A stretch of DNA of 64,000 nucleotides from Spirochaetia bacterium (GTDB lineage: Bacteria > Spirochaetota > Spirochaetia > SZUA-6 > Bin103), in assembly GCA_965198005.1 (NCBI GenBank), contig CBDAOI010000002.1:512001-576000 (forward strand). The letters run 5' to 3'. The translations under genes and the position numbers were made by a program. Positions 58,248 through 64,000 of the stretch are shown here, piece by piece. Each line of letters opens with the position of its first letter. The stretch's first letter is position 1. Under the pieces are notes generated by a model. It made no database searches and was not told the origin of the DNA. It was given only the letters and a program-made list of their open reading frames with translations.

Positions 58248-60011
58248 TCAGCCGCCAAACAGCGCCCGCGGGCCGCCGATTGCCTGAAGCTGCTCCTGCA
58301 GGAATTGCAGCCGCCGCTCCTGGTCATTCTCCAGCGACGGATCTTCCTGCAGTTTCGCCTCGTAGGCCTGCTTCACGTCGGGATGCTGCAGCAGCCGCTC
58401 CACCAGCACTTGCCGGCGCTCCGCCGGCATCTGCGCCAAGCTGAAGCCACCGCCGCCCGGACCGCCGCCAGCCGCTGCCCCGGTAGCGGCTCCCGCCCGC
58501 GCCGCGGCGGCGGGCTCTGTCCGTTGACCGCCTGCATCGGCCGCGTTCTGCCGCCCGGCATCGGCTTGGCCAGCACCAGTCTGGCCGCCGCCTCCGGCCC
58601 CCTGCCGCGCGCCACCTTGACCGGCGGGCGCGCCGCCGCCGAACAGTGCCTGCGGGCCGCCGATCGCCTGGAGCTGCTCCTCCAGGAATGCCAACCGCTT
58701 CTCCTCGTCCCTCTCCAGCGACGGATCCTCCTGCAGTTTCGCCTCGTAGGCCTGCTTGACCTGGGGATTCTCCAGCAGTCGCTGTACCAGTGCCTGACGC
58801 CGCTCCGCAGGCAACTGCGCCAAACTGAAGCCGCCGCCGGCGCCGCCCGGACCGCCCGCCGAAGCGCCTGCCACCGCCGTTTCCGGCAGCGGTTCCCCCG
58901 CGGCGCGTACCGCGGATCCGTCACGCAACGACTCATGGCCTACCGTCACCACTACGTCGCCGGCACTGAGGCCGCTGGTGACCTCCACCAGCTCCCGCGC
59001 CGACAGCCCCACCGCCACCGGCGTGCGCACTGCCACGCCTTCCTGCACGCGGTACACGATACTCTGGTCGCGCTCCAGCAGGATTGCGCGCTTGGGCACC
59101 ACCAGGGCGTCGGGCCGGGTTTCGGTCGGCACCTGCACGGTGACGAACGTACCCGGAACCAGCGCGCCGGCAGCGGCCATGGCGTTCAGTTCCACCGTGA
59201 CCTTGACGGTACCCGACTCGGCGTCGACCACGGGGCTGACGCGGATGATGGTCCCGGCGGCCCGGATGTCGCCGGCAGCCTGAATCCGCACTTCCTGTCC
59301 CACGCTCAGACTCTGCCGCCCCGCGTCGGGAACATGGATCACCGCCAGCAGCGGATCGGGGTCGAGCACGTGGAACAGCCGGGTGTTGGCCGAGATCGTC
59401 GCCCCCGGCTCCACCGACCGCTCGCCGACGATGCCGGTCAGCGGCGAGCGGATCTCGGTATCGCCGAGTTGCTGGCGGGAGCGTTCCAGCGCGATGGTAC
59501 GCAGCTCGATCTGATAGCGCTGATTCTCCAGTTCCCGTTGGGTGACGCCGCCATGCTTCGCCAGTTCGGCGGTCCGTTCGTACTCTCGCTGAATGTTGTC
59601 GTAGTGAGCCTGCGCCTCCGCCAGGGCAAGACGGGCGTCGTCCTGATCCAACTGCGCCAGCAGTTGCCCCGCGCGTACGGCGTCGCCCTCCTGCACCAGC
59701 ACCTCGATCACCGCGCCGCCGGCGCGGGCCACCACGTCGATGGAGCGCTCGGCGGTCAGGGTAGTGGTTGCCACCAGAAAGCTGGACACCGTCTCCCGCA
59801 CCACGTCCGCGGTCACCACCGGGAGGGCCGCGGTCTGGCCGCCGAAGCCGCCGCCCGCGCCGCCGAAGCCGCCCGTCGTGGCGCTTGCCTGGCTGCCGGA
59901 GCGGCCCAGAATGTTGTTCACCACGCCACAGCCGGCCAGCAGCGAGGCCAGGGCAAGCAGCCCGGCCAGCGCCAGTCCGGTTCTCACTCTCCGCTGCCGG
60001 TTGTCTCTCAC
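58248..60011 (-). CDS. RND efflux periplasmic adaptor (MFP) lipoprotein with a duplicated C-terminal helical domain
   Basis: LLAG-C; V.EGD.V.AGQLLAQLD, IRSPLTG, SPVVD..SGTV, VVP..A, GL..GD.VV..G. Confidence 0.92.
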   Translation of the reverse strand: MRDNRQRRVRTGLALAGLLALASLLAGCGVVNNILGRSGSQASATTGGFGGAGGGFGGQTAALPVVTADVVRETVSSFLVATTTLTAERSIDVVARAGGAVIEVLVQEGDAVRAGQLLAQLDQDDARLALAEAQAHYDNIQREYERTAELAKHGGVTQRELENQRYQIELRTIALERSRQQLGDTEIRSPLTGIVGERSVEPGATISANTRLFHVLDPDPLLAVIHVPDAGRQSLSVGQEVRIQAAGDIRAAGTIIRVSPVVDAESGTVKVTVELNAMAAAGALVPGTFVTVQVPTETRPDALVVPKRAILLERDQSIVYRVQEGVAVRTPVAVGLSARELVEVTSGLSAGDVVVTVGHESLRDGSAVRAAGEPLPETAVAGASAGGPGGAGGGFSLAQLPAERRQALVQRLLENPQVKQAYEAKLQEDPSLERDEEKRLAFLEEQLQAIGGPQALFGGGAPAGQGGARQGAGGGGQTGAGQADAGRQNAADAGGQRTEPAAAARAGAATGAAAGGGPGGGGFSLAQMPAERRQVLVERLLQHPDVKQAYEAKLQEDPSLENDQERRLQFLQEQLQAIGGPRALFGG

Positions 60012-60093
60012 CAGCCCGCCTCCTCTTGGTCCACTCCAGGCGCCGCCACGGCAGCGCCCGGTGCTCCGGCGCCACGCCGGCAGATGGCGCGCG

Positions 60094-63000
60094 TCACCGT
60101 CCCGCCTCCTGCGCAGTCCGACGTGGCGTTCGCCGATCGGCCGGCAGCATCGCCCACGCGACCCGCCGCAAGAACTGGGACAAGTCGTCGAACACAGCGT
60201 AGATGGTCGGCATCACCACCAGCGTCATGAAGGTGGAAGTGGTCAGACCTCCGACCACGGCCAGCGCTATCGGCCCCCAGGTTCCGGCGCGCCCCTCCAC
60301 CGGACCGAACACCCCGGGCGCCACCAGCGGCGCCACCAGCGGGAACAGCCCCAGCAGCGTGGTGCAGGCGGTAATGAGAATCGGGCGCAGTCGATCGCAG
60401 CCACCGGTGATGATCGCTTCCGTGCGCGCCATCCCGCCGGCGCGCAGCCGGTTGACGTGGTCTATCAGAATTATGCCGTTGTTCACCACCACCCCCGCCA
60501 GCACCATGATCCCGAGCCAGGAGTTGGTGTTGAGGGTGGTGCCCGTGAGGTAGAACAGCAGGGTCACCCCGAGCAGCGAGAACGGCAACGACGTGAGGAT
60601 CGTGATCGGATGCACGAACGACTCGAACAGCGCCGCCATCACCAGGTAGATGAACACCGCGGCGAGCAGCAGGGCGAACAGCGACGCCTGCTCCGATTGC
60701 TGGAAACGGCGGAAGTTCTGCCCCACCTCGGCGCTGTAGCCGGGCGGGAGCTGCTGCTGGTTCAGCATGCCCTCGATCTGGCCCCGCAGGCTGAACATGC
60801 CGCGCAGGTCGGTGTTGGCGGTTACCGAGACGATCTCGCTGCCGCCATCGCGCTGAATCGAGCGCGGACCCGGCTGGCGCTCGAAGGTGGCCAAGGTTCC
60901 GAGCGGCACCGCGCCGGCCCCCTGCTCCACCGGGAGCTGCGCCAACCCGCTCAGGTCGACGCGTGCCGTCTCCGTCACCCGCACCCGGATCGGCAACTCG
61001 TCAGCGCCCGCGGCCAGAGTGCCGGCGCTGCTCTCGCTCAGGTTGGCGCTCAGGAGCTGGCCCACCGCCGTGGCGCTCAGATCGGCGGCGGTAGCGCGGT
61101 CGCGGTTGACCCGTACCTGGAGCTGCTCGTCCCCCGACTCGAGGTTGGTGCTCACGTCGTCGACCCCGGGCAGCGCCCCCAGGCGGGCGCCGATGTCCTC
61201 CGCGAACAGCGCCAGCACCTCGGTGTTGGGGCCGGTGACGTCCACCGACACGCCCAGCGCTCCGCCACCGCCGCGGCCCCAGCGCCGCCCCACCGAGAAG
61301 GTATAGCCGGGAAGCTGCGGCAGCATGGCGCGAATCTCGTTGGTGAGCTCGGCGGTGGAACGCTGCGTGGAAGCGTCGTCGCGGAAGTACACGGTCACGC
61401 TGCCGTTGCGGGCGGAGAAGTTGGCCGCCACCGCGTCGATCTCCAGCTCGTCGGTGCGGGCCAGCAGGTCGCGTTCGAAAGCCGCGAACACCGCCTGCGT
61501 CTCGGCGAACGACATGCCGTTCTCGGCGCTAACCGCGATCGACATCCGCCGTGCGGGAGTGGGCGGCGTGAACTCGCGCTCGATCTTGGTGAGCAGATAG
61601 ACACCGCCGCCGAGCACGGCCAGCATGCAGCCGATGGTGATCAGGCGGTGGTGCAGGGTCCAGCGCAGTACCGCCCGGTAAGCCGCGGCGAGGCCATCCA
61701 TGAGCCGGTGCCGCCCGCCGCCGGCCGCCACCAGGAAGCGCGAGCTGACCACGGGAATCAGGCTCAGCGAAACCACCAGGGAGGCAATCATGGCGGCCAC
61801 CATGGTAGTGGCGAAGTCGCCCATGAAGCGCCCGAAGGGGGTGGCCGAGGTGAACAGCACCGGCACGAACACGATGATGGAGGTGATGGTGGCCGCGAAC
61901 ACCGGGGTGGTGACCTCGCCCGCGCCGCGAATGGCCGCCGCCTGCGGGGCCAGTCCCCGCTCCCGGTAGCGGTAGATGTTCTCCAGCACCACGACGCTGT
62001 TGTCCACCAGCATTCCCACGGCCAGCATCAAACCACTCAGCGAGATCACGTTCAGCGAAAAGTTGAGCCCGCCCACCCGCCGCATCAGGAACACTACCGC
62101 GAAGGTGGCGATGATGGAGATCGGGATGGCGATCGCCACCACCAGCGTTGCGCGCACCCTCAGCAGGAAGGCGAACAGCACCAGCACCGCGAGACCGGCG
62201 CCGATCAACCCCGAGTTGCGCAGATTGCCCAAGCTGGTGGTGATCTCCTGCGACTGATCGAAGAACACGAAGGTGGACAGACCCGGCGTCGCCGCCTCGA
62301 TGGCCGCCAACTGGGCGCGCGCGTCGCGGACCACGCTCACCACGTTGGCGTCGGAGCCCTTGAACACGCGCACCGTTACCGCCTCCGCCAGGTTGAGGCG
62401 CTGCACGCTCTCCTGGTCGCCCACCCCACGACGGACCACCCCCACGTCGCCGATGCGGGCGCCGGCACCGGCGATCGGCAGCGCCGCGATCTCTTCCAGG
62501 TCGGTGAACGAGCCCACCGAGCGCACGAAGTAGCGCCGCCCGCCGTCGATCAGGTAGCCGCCGGCCAGGTCCACGTTGTTGGCACGCAGGCTGCGGACCA
62601 GCTCGTCGACTGCCACTCCCAGCGACGCCATCGCCTGCGGATCGAGGTCGATCATCACCTCCTCTGCCTGCAGGCCGCGTACGACCACGTCGGCCACGCC
62701 GTCGAGCCGCAACAAGCGTGGCACGATCAGATCCTCGGTGATGCGTTCCAACTCGGCGCGGCTGCCTTCTCTGGCGACGCTGAGCTGCAGGATCGGGATA
62801 TCGGTGGTTGAGAAGTTGGAAACACGAATCCGCCCGATGCCGTCCGGCAGCTCGGCGCGGATGCGGTCGATGCGGTCGCGGAGCTCGGCCGCTGCCAGAT
62901 CCACGTCGGTGCCGACGACGAACTGGGCGCGAACCCGCGCCGAGCTGGCCGAGGAGGTGGAGCTCACCGACTCGATCCCGCCCATGCCGCCGATGGCGCC

Positions 63001-63207
63001 TTCAATCGGAGCGGCGACCCGCCGCTCCACCTCTTCCGGCGAAGAGTCGGGAAACGGCGCCACGACCGTCAGGGCCGGACTCTCGATCTCCGGCAGAAAC
63101 AGCAGCGGTAGCTGGCCGATGGCAAAGAAGCCGAACAGACTTACCGCGGCAATGGCCAGGATCACCCCCAGCGGGCGGCGTACGGAAAATTCGGCGAACG
63201 AGGTCAT
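60094..63207 (-). CDS. RND efflux permease
   Basis: SPEEVE, GMLVDNSVVVLENI, FESFVHP, GVVVNNGIIL, RLRPILIT. Confidence 0.95.
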   Translation of the reverse strand: MTSFAEFSVRRPLGVILAIAAVSLFGFFAIGQLPLLFLPEIESPALTVVAPFPDSSPEEVERRVAAPIEGAIGGMGGIESVSSTSSASSARVRAQFVVGTDVDLAAAELRDRIDRIRAELPDGIGRIRVSNFSTTDIPILQLSVAREGSRAELERITEDLIVPRLLRLDGVADVVVRGLQAEEVMIDLDPQAMASLGVAVDELVRSLRANNVDLAGGYLIDGGRRYFVRSVGSFTDLEEIAALPIAGAGARIGDVGVVRRGVGDQESVQRLNLAEAVTVRVFKGSDANVVSVVRDARAQLAAIEAATPGLSTFVFFDQSQEITTSLGNLRNSGLIGAGLAVLVLFAFLLRVRATLVVAIAIPISIIATFAVVFLMRRVGGLNFSLNVISLSGLMLAVGMLVDNSVVVLENIYRYRERGLAPQAAAIRGAGEVTTPVFAATITSIIVFVPVLFTSATPFGRFMGDFATTMVAAMIASLVVSLSLIPVVSSRFLVAAGGGRHRLMDGLAAAYRAVLRWTLHHRLITIGCMLAVLGGGVYLLTKIEREFTPPTPARRMSIAVSAENGMSFAETQAVFAAFERDLLARTDELEIDAVAANFSARNGSVTVYFRDDASTQRSTAELTNEIRAMLPQLPGYTFSVGRRWGRGGGGALGVSVDVTGPNTEVLALFAEDIGARLGALPGVDDVSTNLESGDEQLQVRVNRDRATAADLSATAVGQLLSANLSESSAGTLAAGADELPIRVRVTETARVDLSGLAQLPVEQGAGAVPLGTLATFERQPGPRSIQRDGGSEIVSVTANTDLRGMFSLRGQIEGMLNQQQLPPGYSAEVGQNFRRFQQSEQASLFALLLAAVFIYLVMAALFESFVHPITILTSLPFSLLGVTLLFYLTGTTLNTNSWLGIMVLAGVVVNNGIILIDHVNRLRAGGMARTEAIITGGCDRLRPILITACTTLLGLFPLVAPLVAPGVFGPVEGRAGTWGPIALAVVGGLTTSTFMTLVVMPTIYAVFDDLSQFLRRVAWAMLPADRRTPRRTAQEAGR

Positions 63208-64000
63208 GAACGCACCTCCGGGGCTTCGCTGTCGGCGGCCGCGCTTGCGGACTCACTGCTACGGCGCGCCACGCGCCCGCCGACAAGGGAATACAGGGTC
63301 GGAATCAATACCAGCGTGATCAGCGTGGAGAACAGCAGCCCCCCGATCACCGTCACGGCCAGCGGCTGGCGCAGTTCCCAACCCTGACCGAGCCGCAACG
63401 CCAGGGGCACCAACCCCAGCACCGTGGTGGCCGTGGTCATCAGGATCGGGCGCAGCCGGGTCACCGCGGCCTGCTGAATCGCCGTCCGAGGATCCATTCC
63501 CCGGCGCCGCAGTTGATTGACGTAGTCCACCAGCACGATGGCGTTGTTGACCACGATGCCGGCCATCATGATCACCCCGATCAGAGCGATCGCACTCACC
63601 GGGACGGCGAAAATCGCCAGCGTCAACACTACGCCCACCAGACCGAACGGCACCGCCGCCAGAATGATGAGCGGATGCAGCAGTGACTCGAACTGCGCCG
63701 CCATCACCAGGTAGGTGAGCACCACGGCCAGGATGATGGCCAGCCGCATGCTGGCGAAGGAGTCGACCATGTCCTGCCACTGTCCGGCCAGCTCGGCGTG
63801 CACGCCGTATTCGGCTGCCGCCTGATCGAGCACCGCGCGCACCTCGCCCGTGACGCTGCCCAGGTCGCGTCCATCCAGATTTCCGGTCACCAGCACCACC
63901 GGCCGCTGGTCGATGCGGCGGATCTCGTTGGCGCCGTCGACCACGGTGACCGCCGCCACCGCCGACAGCGGCACCAGCACGTCGCCGACGGTAGTGACGA
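63204..64000 (-). CDS. Second RND efflux permease (C-terminal part; runs off the right edge)
   Basis: AQFESLLHP, GIVVNNAIVLVD, RLRPILMT, P.AVTVIGGL; ATGA overlap with the next permease. Confidence 0.93.
   Translation of the reverse strand, partial: VTTVGDVLVPLSAVAAVTVVDGANEIRRIDQRPVVLVTGNLDGRDLGSVTGEVRAVLDQAAAEYGVHAELAGQWQDMVDSFASMRLAIILAVVLTYLVMAAQFESLLHPLIILAAVPFGLVGVVLTLAIFAVPVSAIALIGVIMMAGIVVNNAIVLVDYVNQLRRRGMDPRTAIQQAAVTRLRPILMTTATTVLGLVPLALRLGQGWELRQPLAVTVIGGLLFSTLITLVLIPTLYSLVGGRVARRSSESASAAADSEAPEVRS

Noticed and set aside
59740-62811. 1023-aa plus-strand ORF (also 57987..60230, 50494..52668, 36483..38549, 30405..32480 on +, and 43134..44597 on -)
   Set aside because: Antisense shadows of clearly identified genes on the opposite strand.

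Overview
High-GC (visually about 70%) bacterial chromosome segment, most likely a Spirochaetota lineage. The evidence for this is the prfA-prmC-relA order, the SH3/LysM/TPR lipoprotein cluster, a TP0183-like lipoprotein and a spirochaete-type SSB; the taxonomy is inference. Most of the window is housekeeping: an FMN-riboswitch-controlled riboflavin operon, hisD, hemB, valS, purN, prfA/prmC/relA, icd, trxA, a complete trpE-GD-CF-B-A operon, ssb and a two-permease RND efflux system. Accessory genes include two type II toxin-antitoxin pairs, a Baeyer-Villiger monooxygenase, a BKACE/hotdog pair and a divergent pyrF. Main points of interest: (1) a 1476-aa single-gene RelE-like nuclease / SF1 helicase / TPR-solenoid protein, a candidate stand-alone defence or quality-control system; (2) a leaderless Trp-Trp-Trp leader peptide with attenuator hairpins ahead of trpE; (3) a candidate Val/Leu-codon leader ORF plus an RBS-sequestering hairpin ahead of valS; (4) a RibE(alpha)-RibB fusion in an operon lacking ribA; (5) a modular fibrous lipoprotein with three copies of an unrecognised beta domain and a hendecad stalk; (6) an RND adaptor with a duplicated helical C-terminal domain; (7) several apparently leaderless sigma70-type promoters. 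Two genes are frameshifted at short C/G runs, which may be long-read errors. No rRNA, tRNA, CRISPR array or transposase was recognised. All family assignments come from motif recognition by eye; no database search was run.
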